64,000 bases of DNA from Bugula neritina (taxonomy: Eukaryota > Animalia > Bryozoa). The stretch lies in assembly GCA_964035545.1 (NCBI GenBank), contig OZ037770.1, positions 5,652,729-5,716,728 on the forward strand, read 5' to 3'. Position numbers and translations under genes: made by a program. Every line of letters starts with the position of its first letter. Position 1 is the first letter of the stretch. The notes beneath the pieces were generated by a model. That model saw only the letters and a program-made list of their open reading frames with translations, did no database searches and was not told where the DNA came from. Positions 27,906 to 38,955 of this stretch are shown piece after piece.

Positions 27906-28717
27906 GGCCCTTGGCCTCTAGGGCAGTGCCTCCTCACGTGCCCTTGCGCCCCGCACCCCCAACAGGTTAGCAGAGATGGGCGGACAGGGTTGTCCCGTGA
28001 TCGGGGAGCCCGCCTATCCGCCTGTTCGCTCTGCAACTTCGTCACCGTAGCCTGCAGGCCTTTCATCATGTCCATTAACATGGTGAGCTGCGTCTGCTCG
28101 TGTGATTTAGTTGCAGCTGCTGCTACCTGTGGAGTTGGAAGTGGGGTGGTCTCCTCATGCTCCTCGACCACTTGGCGGGCTGTATAGCTCGGTCGCCTAG
28201 GCTCTTCCACCTGGAAGTAAGCCTTCCCCATTTCCAGCGCTTCCTCTATACTGTTGACCTTGGCGGCCAGCCAGTATCGCTGCAGGTCCGGGTGATTCAC
28301 GCTCCGGAAGAACGCGTTGTAAACGAGGTGCTTCCGGTCATTGCCAGTGGCGTGACCGAAAGCAGCCTGAGCCAGGCGCTCTACCTCGTTTGCGTGGTCT
28401 TCCAGGGGAGTCCTCCGGTCCCTCCTCATGATCTGCAAACGATCAGCTGCTTCTTCGGTTGTTAGGCCGAACCGGGCTCTGAGAGCCCGCATGATGTGCT
28501 CTTCATCAGGCCATTCAGCGATGGTGGCCACATCCTGGAACTCCCTGATGAATTGCTCTACGTCTCCTTCTCCTCCGAAATTCGGGGGCTGGAGGCGATA
28601 CCTGTCACCAGGTGATGCCTGTCCTTGCCCCCGCAATCCCTGGAGGGCTGTGACCAGCGCCTCAACAGTGAGGGCTGGTGGTGTTGCTGCCTCAGGGGCT
28701 GTGTCCCCTGGGGCCAT
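27881..28717 (-). CDS. gag: Gag of element 1 (CCHC zinc knuckle; ~23-aa internal deletion relative to element 2 Gag)
   Basis: PPNFGGEGDVEQFIREF capsid-like start and CWGCGAQGHVRRHC knuckle. Aligns to the 38083-38949 product. Confidence 0.9.
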   Translation of the reverse strand: MAPGDTAPEAATPPALTVEALVTALQGLRGQGQASPGDRYRLQPPNFGGEGDVEQFIREFQDVATIAEWPDEEHIMRALRARFGLTTEEAADRLQIMRRDRRTPLEDHANEVERLAQAAFGHATGNDRKHLVYNAFFRSVNHPDLQRYWLAAKVNSIEEALEMGKAYFQVEEPRRPSYTARQVVEEHEETTPLPTPQVAAAATKSHEQTQLTMLMDMMKGLQATVTKLQSEQADRRAPRSRDNPVRPSLLTCWGCGAQGHVRRHCPRGQGPLNTQGSR

Positions 28718-28749
28718 TGCGTGCCGCTCGGCAACTAGTTATTCGAAAA

Positions 28750-28766
28750 TCCCACTGCTGCCACCA
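28750..28766 (-). promoter_or_regulatory. Primer binding site, tRNA-Leu type (element 1)
   Basis: Minus strand TGGTGGCAGCAGTGGGA lies 1 nt after the 5' LTR and is complementary, with one mismatch, to the eukaryotic tRNA-Leu 3' end (...UCCCACCGCUGCCACCA). Confidence 0.8.
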
Positions 28767-28767
28767 A

Positions 28768-29325
28768 TGTAGTAAACTTGTGGGTTTTGAATGCAACTAG
28801 TGCCTACATGCTCTAGAGAGAATAAGCCAAGTATTCTGAATACGAATGAAGATAACTTTATTAGCATCAAATACAGCTTATGTGGTCCTACTACCAGCGA
28901 GCTCCAGTAGTAGTCTGAACTACACTGGAACTCGCTGGCTTTTATATACAAGCGAGACAAAGACATTCCTTTGTTGCCGAGATCGGGGTTCCGAAATGCC
29001 GAATATCGGCATTTCGGGACTCCGAAATGACGAAACGCCGATTTTCGACATATCGGCATTTCGGAAGACCGAAATGCCGATCTCAGCAACAAAGGACACA
29101 CACAAAAGAAGCAACATTAGTAAAAGAAATATTACATAACTTCAGAATGCGTATTTCAGTAAAATTACATTATGTTGAGCTTTAACAGTAATTACCATAC
29201 TTAGGCATTAGCAAGCTAACTTACTTAACTATAATTACAGAATTAAGAATGATACGCAACAGTATTCATAATATACTGTTGCACGCTGTTATTTCGAAAC
29301 TAAAAGAGGGTGAAAATCCATTACA
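28768..29325 (-). repeat. 5' LTR of element 1 (558 bp)
   Basis: Direct repeat of 20753-21260, followed on the minus strand by the PBS. Confidence 0.95.
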
Positions 29326-30938
29326 ATATGTATCTAATTCGAAAAGTATGTTGCTTTGCAAATTTACACTTTCATCACAGTCATTTGCAAAGGTTTCAGT
29401 TTTTTGTCATAGTTTTCAGTTATATTTTTCAGATAAAATTGCTACAGCAAACCAAGCTAAACAAATTTTATATCTGCTAATTTATTTGCATGCTGAATAC
29501 TTTATCATATATACAGTAGCTTTAGGTTTTAATTCCACTTGTCAAATAACTTCATCTCAGCTTGAGTTAGTTTTGATCTGAGGTTAGTGTTAGGCTCGGC
29601 ATGATAACTGTCTAATCCTTAGAATTTCAGGCGCAAAGCTGTACGTCTGCTGCATCTTTTTACAGTTATGTTGAATTAATAAATAACTCTCAAACACTTA
29701 TATAGTTGTTTTGTTCCAGCTGATCTGCTATGCATTTGACTCAACAGTATGTAACTTTCTCTCCACTTAGATACATATCTGACTGAGACTTCAAGTTTGC
29801 AATATGCAGGCACGCCAATCACTACACTATAAGGAGGCTAGTGGGTAATATCAACACTACAAATTCTACTCACGGTTCTCCCAACTTTACTAGCCTATAT
29901 AGCTCTTCACTGTTCATTTAATTTTTTAGCCACCTGGGCCTCTCAACTTTCCCGGAGTATTACTACACTTGACTTATATAGGCCAAAAAGGCTTATCAAA
30001 TCTTTGCTGGGATTAAAACCTGATTGCAATTGCACACTATAAATATTACACCACATGTACCAGTGCGGGTGCATGATCACACCAAAACAACATTCTGCTA
30101 CTTTTCTGCATTACCTTTAATTTTGAAATAAAGCAGAAGGCCCTAACTAAAATTTTGTTGATTTGTACTCACAGTTTATGAATAGCTCTATCTATTTGTA
30201 TAATTTGGCATATTTCTGAAAATTATTATAGTGATATGTGTGGTTCAAACATTTACTCTAACCTATATTTTACAACAGCTATCATGTTATCAACTGGGTG
30301 TCAAAAACCATGCAAGTTCAATAGTTGAATAAGATACAATATTAAAAACCTATAGAGACACCTTGACAACTATCATGACCTGCTACAGATATGCAGGAAA
30401 AAATTATCTTTATTATAATAAAGATTTGCCCAAAAAAGTGCTGCTTAGTACTAAAATGAATTCACTCGACTTCAACATTAAGAATCGTGTGCAACAGAAA
30501 ACATGGAAGCAAGATTTTCAAAGACTATCAAAAGTAACGTTAACTCATTGGCCGAACAGCTCTGTGAGAAAGTGTGCCTAGTTTACAAATCTTCTTGACG
30601 CGATCAATATATTTTCGATGAAAACAAATAAACATGAAAATATTTACAATTCCATACATTGACATCAAAATTGCACAAGCAGTTTCAGTGGCGTTCGCAG
30701 ACTCTGGAGAAAAAATGTAAGTCTGACAAACAACAAAAATCAGAACTACAAAAATGTTGACTTGATAGACAAGATAACTCCAAATTATGTATTTGTTGGC
30801 CGATATCACCAGCTTATCTTCAGAACGGTTTTTAGCAGCTATTAGCTTTAATTCTTTCCATACTTTGTTGAGCAAAGAAGCAGTTAAAACTGATGGAATC
30901 GCTGTTACGATGGCGTAAAAAATATACATTGCATGGTA

Positions 30939-33900
30939 CACAGTTGGTTTAAGGTCATACTTTTCATTTTCTGGCTCTTTGCCAGGTGCTTTATGTTCTA
31001 TATGAACAATGTTCCACTGATAGCTCGAACAGGTTGAATGTCACAGGAACAAAAAAAATATGAAAAGATAAAGAAACTTATGTTCTCCAATATACTTTTT
31101 TATTTTTTTCAAAAGCCAATTCATGTTTAAGTTATAGCTTGTTGAAAAACATAGTCCCCCTTCCACATTCTTTTCAATTTATACGCTCCTGACTTGTTAT
31201 TGTGTCTCAATATGCCTTGTATTTGAGTGCTTGTTAGTCTCGCTTCACTAACTTTGCCTATACTTCACAAGTGCCAGTGCTGCTGGCTCAAAAGCTAAAT
31301 GTTATAAACTGTCAGCTAAAACCCAATCTTGTATTCCTAGGTTGGTTGGCCTAAATAAAACAATAGTCAAATCATGATTTCATGTTTTAAAAATTTACTC
31401 TATTCTAACCTGCTGCCTAGCTAGTTCTATTTTTGATGTATAATTACAAAATTTGTGATACATTTTTTTGGCAACCATGTAATTTATAAAATGCAGTAAT
31501 GGTACTTATAATATTATATTATTATCATTATAATATATTATATAGTATTATGTGTGTTTTTATTATCCTGCATAATATCTAATTTATTATTGTTGTTGTG
31601 CAAACAAGTGCAATTAACCTAGTTTTCAAAATGTACCTCTAAATTATCAGAATATCAGTTTAGATATTTTCATGCTTTGTAAGGTAAACCTAAAAAAAGA
31701 GGCTGTATTCCCAAAGTAAAGGGTGTTGAACTATGAACTATATTAGATTAGCCACTCTGCTACCAAGTGCATCAGTATAATATTATATGAATAGCTCTGA
31801 TGCTTTGTCTCCCGTGGCTGGCTGCAATATGATAACTTGGCCAACTTCCAAGAGTTTAAAATTGGCGCAATTATTCAAGAGGTTACATACTGCACAGAGC
31901 TAGCAGTGATAGTAACCTTGCTATTGGCAGTACTTATTACAACTGCCAGCATATAAGCTGCATTGTAGAATGCCGTTGGGGCAGGCTAGTAAAACCAAAT
32001 TCTGCTCTCTAATATACCTTAGACAAAATGCAGCAACATAATTTTTAGTTTCAAATTACATTTGCCACCCTTACATGAGCTGTGGGCTTCATAAAGATTC
32101 ATATGATTAGAGATTTATGCTATAGGCCCTATCTGTGCTAGTGTATGATGAAAATAACACACCATTGTCAAAGTTAACTTCAAGTATGTTGTTTTCCAGA
32201 AACTCAGTAATGTCCATTTATCTCTCGCATACAAATACTTATGTAATACCATACAGTTTAAGTTTTATTTTAGAGCACATCTGCAAACTCTACAATAAGA
32301 GCTTGCTTTACCAGTCTATTTCAGACCTGTTTTTGTAGCTAGTAATACGCAAGCTACTTATTTTTAAACTTTTGGGTTATTTGTTCAAAACCATTAGCTT
32401 TGCTAGTAACCCGAGACTATTGCAACAGTTGACTGCTATCAACATGAATAGACCATGTAAGTTTGGTACATTTAGTACCTTGTACCAATTCTAGAATACT
32501 CACCACTATAACTTATATAAACTTCTGCAAGTTCAAATGCAAAATGCATACTTCTAGGAAATAGCTGTGCAACTTTTATTACATGCATTATTTTGTTTCA
32601 TATCTTAAATTTATGAATCATGAGTTCATTTTTCAAAATGTTTAATTTAAGTGCTTAAAAAATGCAAATAAAAAGTACAAGTTTAAAAAAATACCCTGGT
32701 GCAAATTGACCACAGCCCCAGCTGTTTTGGCAAAACACATTTAATGACATTTTCATCGACATAGTGGTAAATGGGCTGGTTGTTTTTGGCAGATGGGTAG
32801 CACGCTGGCTGGCTGGCTGCAACTTTATACAATTCTGATTGGCTGGACTCTACATGATCAGCTAATGATTGTATCTGATTGGCCTAATAATTCATTTGCA
32901 TTTGAAAATGTAGAGTTTTATATAAGTTATAGTGGTGATATTTTAGAGTTGGTACACACCCCTTTTTTGGTTGAGTTTTATAGTCAGATCACGCTGTAGT
33001 CATCTACAACACTTCAGTGTATGGGGAAATTATTAGTATTACGAAATCTGTTTTGGCTTATATTGCTATGCCAGTTTTCTGACTTAGCTTTTCATTAACT
33101 ATATGCAGGCTGTTCTAACTTAGGTGATTTCATTAAAGGTAGACATTACTTAGACCTTAGAGCATTAAATCAACCAGTGCTGTTACTTGGTTTTATTGCA
33201 AAGCAGTAGTGAGAGCATAGCACACTAGCACAGTCACCTAGCTGCAATGGCAGTGGCCACACTAAACTCACTAGTTTTATTAAAATATCTTATGTAAGGC
33301 ACTTAAATACACTAGCCTAGTCTGTTAGTATGGAGAGCAGTAACACAGTTACAGCACCCCTCTCTATCTTGTCTACCAAGTACAGAGGTTGCAAAAATGA
33401 TAATCATTTCATGATTTAGTCTTAAATCAATGCATATTACTGAATACATTCTCATAGTCTGATTATTTTGCGCTTCAGCTTATTTTAATGTGATAATTTA
33501 AAAAATTGCTTCACATGCATATTACAAATGCATGAACCTACGCTAACCATAAATTACTTGCTTGTGTACTCACTACTGTTTTATTTTAAATTTATATAGC
33601 AGTAGCTTTTTTAATAAATCACATATTAATCTGCAAGAGTTTAATTGCACAGATAATGTAGACATTTTGTATAAAAATTAGTATTAACATGTAATGCCTT
33701 GCATGTGGGTCTATATTGCCAGTTGGTATCATCACCTATAATACCATGTTGATAACCCTTTCTTGTATACGATTTACTTAGCGAAACAGCATGATTATCT
33801 TACAAATGTAATGACATCAGCCATTGGACAATATAGTCTAGAATCTAGACTCTAGATTCTTTTAACTGTGAAGTAATCAGCCTCAAACCATTGCTGGATG

Positions 33901-36900
33901 AAGTGCCTACACTTGGCTGTGAAGCTACTGCAATAACATCAACAATTTTACTAATGAGTTTTCAATACATGTTTTAGTCAGTTGGGTAAAATACAAAGGT
34001 TCTCTGGTATATGCTAGAATAAATGATGATTAAACATTGGATTTGATGAACATTTTCTCATATTGTGTGATGCAACATGATAGTTACAGAGAAAACGCTA
34101 ATCCCACTAAAACTGTAATGAAGGCATTATATTTCAACACTGACTGCATACAACATTGTTACCAACAGAATATTATCTATATATGAGTTTGTATTTTGCA
34201 AAATAAGCATCGAGTCTGAGCTGCCATTTTCTTTCACCCAAAAACCATTAATATCTGACTTTAGCTTACAAAGCATAGTGGTATAGCACATGCATATACA
34301 ATAGCACACCAAAAAAAATATTGTAAAGTGCTACACTTTATTGGTTACCAAGGATGGCTGCAGAAAGCACAGCAGACTATTATAATCTTTTCTAAAAGAG
34401 GTGCAAACAGTAAGCTTACACCTCCAGGACCATTTAGGATATCAAGTCCTTCATGGGCGGATTGCTCTTTTAACCTGGATTCTAAGGATAGCAATTAATT
34501 TAATTTAAAGTTACTGCATTCTAGTCAGTTGAAAATGGCCTTTCTTTCCAGGTGGCATGGCCAGGAAATAAGTAAATACTGTAGGAAGATCGCCATGGTA
34601 TATCGCCATGGTATAGTAGAAATAGGTGTGCTCCGGAAGCATTATAGTGAAGTTTTAATGGCTGGCATATGGTATTGGATACTAGCCCTCAGAATGTTTT
34701 TGTCATCTTCCTGCCTCAATGGTGGTTGATGATTACTTTGAGTGAGGAAAAACACGTATTGAAAACTCATTAGTACAGCTTCAGAGCTAGGTGCAGATAC
34801 TTCCTCAAACAATGACTTGAGACTGAGAAGCTCACGTTAAATATCACTTAAAAATGAAGCAAGCTGCTAACAAAATCACTTCATAGTTGAAAAAACTGAA
34901 CTATATTGTCCTATGGCTGATGGCATTGCATTTGTGGGATAAACATGCTGTTTCACTAAGGAAATCATGTACAAATTGGTGATGATACCAAGTAACAGTA
35001 TAGACTAGCATGCCAAGCACTACAGGTTAAAGCTCATTTTTATATGAATCGTCTATGTTGTCTATTGCTAAAAGCTGTGCATTTTAACTCCTGCAAATAA
35101 ATATGCAACCAAGTTGAAAAAAATTACTGTTGTAATTTTTTTAAGTAAAATAATGGTGGGTACATAAGCAACTAATTTATGCTTAGCACATGCTTATACA
35201 TGTGTTCGTCAGTGTGCTGTAAATATATGCTAGTGACGATAAATATGGTGCAGCACTGCCATTACAGTTCGCTGACTGTGCTATGGTATTGCTACTGTTT
35301 TGCAATAGTAACAACAGTGTTTGATTTGCTGCACCTAAAGAATGTCTACCTTCGATGAAATCACCTAAGTTATATAGCTGCCTATGGTTTATTACAAACC
35401 AAGTCAGAAAACTGGCATAGCAATATAAGCTAAAACAGATTTCGCAATACTAATAATTTCTCCATACACTGAAGTGTTGTAGATGACTACAGCGTGATCA
35501 GACTACAAAACTCAACCAAAAAAGGGGTGTGTACCAACTCTAAAATATCACCACTATGACTTATATAAAACTCTACATTTTCAAATGCAAATGAATTATT
35601 AGGCCAATCAGATACAATCATTAGCTGGTCATGTAGAGTCCAGCCAATCAGAATTGTATAAAGTTGCAGCCAGCCAGCCAGCGTGCTACCCATCTGCCAA
35701 AAACAACCAGCCCATTTACCACTATGTCGATGAAAATGTCATTAAATGTGTTTTGCCAAAACAGCTGGGGCTGTGGTCAATTTGCACCAGGGTATTTTTT
35801 TAAACTTGTACTTTTTATTTGCATTTTTTAAGCACTTAAATTAAACATTTTGAAAAATGAACTCATGATTCATAAATTTAAGATATGAAACAAAATAATG
35901 CATGTAATAAAAGTTGCACAGCTATTTCCTAGAAGTATGCATTTTGCATTTGAACTTGCAGAAGTTTATATAAGTTATATTGGTGAGTATTCTAGAATTG
36001 GTACAAGGTACTAAATGTACCAAACTTACATGGTCTATTGACAGCCTAATAATTATAACCTTTTTGCGCGCGAAATATTTATGTAATGATAGTTACTCAT
36101 ATAGTGCGCGTCTTATTAACGATGACTGCGTGGTCTAGAGGTTAGAGGCGTCAGCGAGGAGTTAGTTGGTTATGGTTCAACCCTGTTTTGTCGCAATTTT
36201 TTTTGTCAACTTATGCAAATCCTACGCATGTATAATAAATATGGCTATAATTGTAAAGTTTTTTTTAACTTTTGTTCAACAGTAAGACAACATACATGCA
36301 TAATAATTAGATACTGAACACTGGACTAAACCTTAAATTGATCTTATAGAATACAATGTACTTAAAATAATCATATGTGAATTAGAGAAACTGAAAGTAC
36401 ACCTGCTGCTCTATAGACAGACCTTTACTGACAAGACTGCAAAGTGAAGTGATTTAGCTGAAATTAACTCTGCCAAACAAACAAAGAATTATGTTGTGCT
36501 GAGGCATTTTCAATATATTATTGTAACATAGTGAGATGATTCAGCTAAGTGCTAATGTAAAACAGGGAACATTATATTGGCAGAAATCCAATAGACTGCC
36601 AATTTGTGCGAGAGGGTACTATATGTTATTGTGATAGCGCAGAGCGGCAAACGTACTAGGAATGTTATAATTAGTCACAGGAGCGTAGCTAGAACCACCA
36701 TATGAAGAATTTAGAAAATTGCAGTGAAACTTGCAAAATGGTGTATGTTTTTACCAAATTGTGAAGAGCATAAACAGAATTTTAAAAAACAAAGAAAGTA
36801 TATTAGAGAAAACATATCAAGGAATGTCAAGTTTAACTTTTATACTTTATAAAATGAATCCCCTGTGCTACAGCAGTGGAACATGGAGGGTGTAAAATTT

Positions 36901-37102
36901 TACTTATTATGCAACAACTTTCTCAAAAAAAATTTTATTGAAAAATTAAAAAAGTATATGAAAGAGGAATGCAAGAGCTATCTTTTCATGTAAAATTTGT
37001 TAATGTGAGACAAAAACTGTTCGAGCTATCCCCTGGAAACCGTTTATATATAACATAAAGCAGTGCCTGAATCTGGAAAGTAATGACCTTAAACCAACTG
37101 TG
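30939..37102. mobile_element. 6.16-kb CACAG-TIR DNA transposon (CMC/EnSpm-like, no intact transposase)
   Basis: 20-bp perfect TIR CACAGTTGGTTTAAGGTCAT, an inverted subterminal motif GATAGCTCGAACAG (~31020 / ~37017) and imperfect IRs extending ~200 bp. TSD TA at 30937-38 and 37103-04. Confidence 0.9.
32447..36039. repeat. Large foldback inverted repeat (arms ~1.5 kb, spacer ~33975-34750)
   Basis: 32447-33090 is a near-identical reverse complement of 35400-36039, which explains the mirror ORFs 32793+ and 35487-. The inner arms remain alignable but are diverged. Confidence 0.9.
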
Positions 37103-37744
37103 TACCCTGTGGTTTTTGGCATAATTTGAATGTTTAATGGTGTCCAGCAAATTTTCAGTTCCAGCATCATACAAAAGATAAATGAGCTTAATATCCATAC
37201 GAGGTATACGAGTCCAGTTACAGGCTTTATATTGTCAATGAAGAAATGTGTTTTATACTTGTATGGGTGACACACTCCAATATACTTCTCAATGCTTGAC
37301 AGCAAGAAGATGAAATATCTTAGGATATTTCCGCATCCAGTCGCAGCGAGTAATAACTTTGAGAGCCAGTAGGTTGTTTGTGTGTTTAATTGCAAAACAA
37401 TTTGTTTGACTTGACAGTTGAAGTACATAAAGTTAAAACAGCTGAATATGATATCGGATATACTTATGTTCAGAAGGATCCAAAAATAGTTGATAGTTTT
37501 AATCTCTTTCATCTGACTCAGTACGATCAAGTGTAGAATATTAAGAATAATAGAGATACAGTTGACCCCATCAATAATCTCTCCAAAAGGCTGATAGCAC
37601 TGACTTGTGTTGTTGTAACAAGGTAAAGTTTCTTCGTATGTTGTGTTGTATCTTTCCATTTTACCTCATGCGTGACATTAAAAAATAAATAATTGAATTC
37701 ACAGTTAGATTCATAGATCGCCATTCAAAGCTCGAATATAATAA

Positions 37745-38049
37745 TGTGGTGGCTCGCGGAGCTACCAGCAACACAATACGCAAGGTTGCGTATTGACCCG
37801 GAACAATGTATTAGCCAATTAGCTAAGCTGTTTGATAAGTAATAGTAGCCGCTTCGCGCTACTAGCTCAGTTGAGGATAGTGCTGTAAACTAAATAGACG
37901 TGCGTATCATTACTGTTGTACATTGGATTTTTATTATGTATTCTTGTATTAAATATAACGATATCTACTCGACTTAACTGGTGAAGTTTCTCTAGTGTTA
38001 AATAGACTCTCTTGGTGGCACATCAACCCTAAATCTGAAAACTATAACA
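37745..38049 (+). repeat. 5' LTR of element 2
   Basis: No differences from 44880-45184 found by eye. Confidence 0.97.
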
Positions 38050-38050
38050 G

Positions 38051-38067
38051 TGGTGGCAGCGGTGGGA
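38051..38067 (+). promoter_or_regulatory. Primer binding site, tRNA-Leu type (element 2)
   Basis: TGGTGGCAGCGGTGGGA, complementary to the tRNA-Leu 3' end. Confidence 0.85.
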
Positions 38068-38082
38068 TAGTGTATATCAAAG

Positions 38083-38949
38083 ATGGAGACTGAAAATGCT
38101 AGAATGCAACCACCCCCAGTAGAAGGTGAGCGTAGAAATGCTGTTAATCCTGTGAATCGTGAAGGAGAAGAAGCTTATAGACATTACTTGAAAGCTCCCA
38201 CCTTTACTGGGTCGGAAGATGTCGAACAATTCATACAAGAATTTAGAGAGGTAATGGAAGTTGCTCAATGGCCGCATAGAGTGGCCCTTATCCAATTGCG
38301 GAGGGCGGTGACGGAGCAAGCCAAGCCGTACGGAGTGGGAACGGACGTAGACGGCATACTGGCTGCGCTGCGGGCCCGTTTTGGCACCTCCGTCATAGAC
38401 GCTAGGACCAAGCTGGAGAGATTGTGCCGCACCCCGCGGACCTCGCTGCAAGAACATGCCGCGACGGTGAAGAAGCTGGCGCAGATTGCATATAGCGATC
38501 TGCCAGCACAACACCAAGAGCGTTACACCTATGACGCTTTTGTCCAGTCCCTAAACGACCTGGGCCTAGACCATCACCTACGAGCTAAAGGGATAACCAG
38601 AATAAAGGATGCCCTGAAGGCTGGAGAAGCTTACCTGTTGGCTACCCAAATGCATCGAGCACAAAGGAACCCCCCAGTAGTTGGAGTCAGCGCTGCCAGG
38701 GCTACGACAGGCTCCGAAGCCCTCCCGCTGGAAGCCGAAGTGGACCGCATGGTAGAGATGCTGGGACAATTGGTAACCATTCTGGCCGGTGCTGGCCCCG
38801 GTCAGGCCTTGCGGATGCCCCCAACATCTGTGGGGCAGGGCTGGAGTAGCGCTGATCAGGACCAGGGACAGAAAGGACGACCCCAATACCAGGGGGCGTT
38901 AAACTGTCACGGCCCGCGGACACACTCCCTCCCCGCGGGCCGCAACTAA
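38083..38949 (+). CDS. gag: Gag of element 2 (no CCHC knuckle)
   Basis: KAPTFTGSEDVEQFIQEF...ALRARFG, homologous to element 1 Gag. ATG lies directly after the PBS. Confidence 0.9.
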   Translation: METENARMQPPPVEGERRNAVNPVNREGEEAYRHYLKAPTFTGSEDVEQFIQEFREVMEVAQWPHRVALIQLRRAVTEQAKPYGVGTDVDGILAALRARFGTSVIDARTKLERLCRTPRTSLQEHAATVKKLAQIAYSDLPAQHQERYTYDAFVQSLNDLGLDHHLRAKGITRIKDALKAGEAYLLATQMHRAQRNPPVVGVSAARATTGSEALPLEAEVDRMVEMLGQLVTILAGAGPGQALRMPPTSVGQGWSSADQDQGQKGRPQYQGALNCHGPRTHSLPAGRN

Positions 38950-38955
38950 AGGAGT
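38898..38955 (+). promoter_or_regulatory. Putative -1 ribosomal frameshift signal (G TTA AAC plus H-type pseudoknot)
   Basis: The heptamer is in gag phase. After a 5-6 nt spacer, CGGCCCGCGG pairs with CCGCGGGCCG, and loop ACTCC pairs with downstream GGAGT. Confidence 0.75.

Larger units (their letters stand above)
20753..29325 (-). mobile_element. Ty3/Gypsy LTR retrotransposon, element 1 (defective)
   Basis: TG...CA LTRs at 20753-21260 and 28768-29325. 4-bp TSD ATAT at 20749-52 and 29326-29. PBS and PPT present. Domain order gag-PR-RT-RH-IN. Confidence 0.97.
30540..37659 (-). pseudogene. Intronless class A (rhodopsin-like) 7TM GPCR, split by a transposon; 317 aa when rejoined (37659-37105 + 30938-30540)
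   Basis: The N-terminal half has N-glycosylation sequons, a TM2 LLNISISD motif, a TM3 EKYIGVCHP (DRY-like) motif and TM4. The C-terminal half has TM5-7 (YGIVNIFMF). The junction reads KTTG-YHAMYIF in frame once the insert and one TA are removed. Confidence 0.88.

Noticed and set aside
22416-28772. Many plus-strand ORFs within element 1 (and minus-strand ORFs within element 2)
   Set aside because: These are antisense shadows of GC-rich gag/pol coding sequence.
28967-29095. CRISPR-like repeat array
   Set aside because: Eukaryotic LTR context, units alternate in orientation, no unique spacers and no cas genes.
30939-30958. CACAGTT terminus resembling an RSS heptamer (Transib/ProtoRAG)
   Set aside because: The TSD is 2 bp, confirmed by frame restoration, rather than 5 bp. 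No nonamer or RAG-like ORF was seen.
32793-35693. Duplicated 68-aa ORFs as genes
   Set aside because: They are mirror images created by the inverted repeat and have no recognisable domain.
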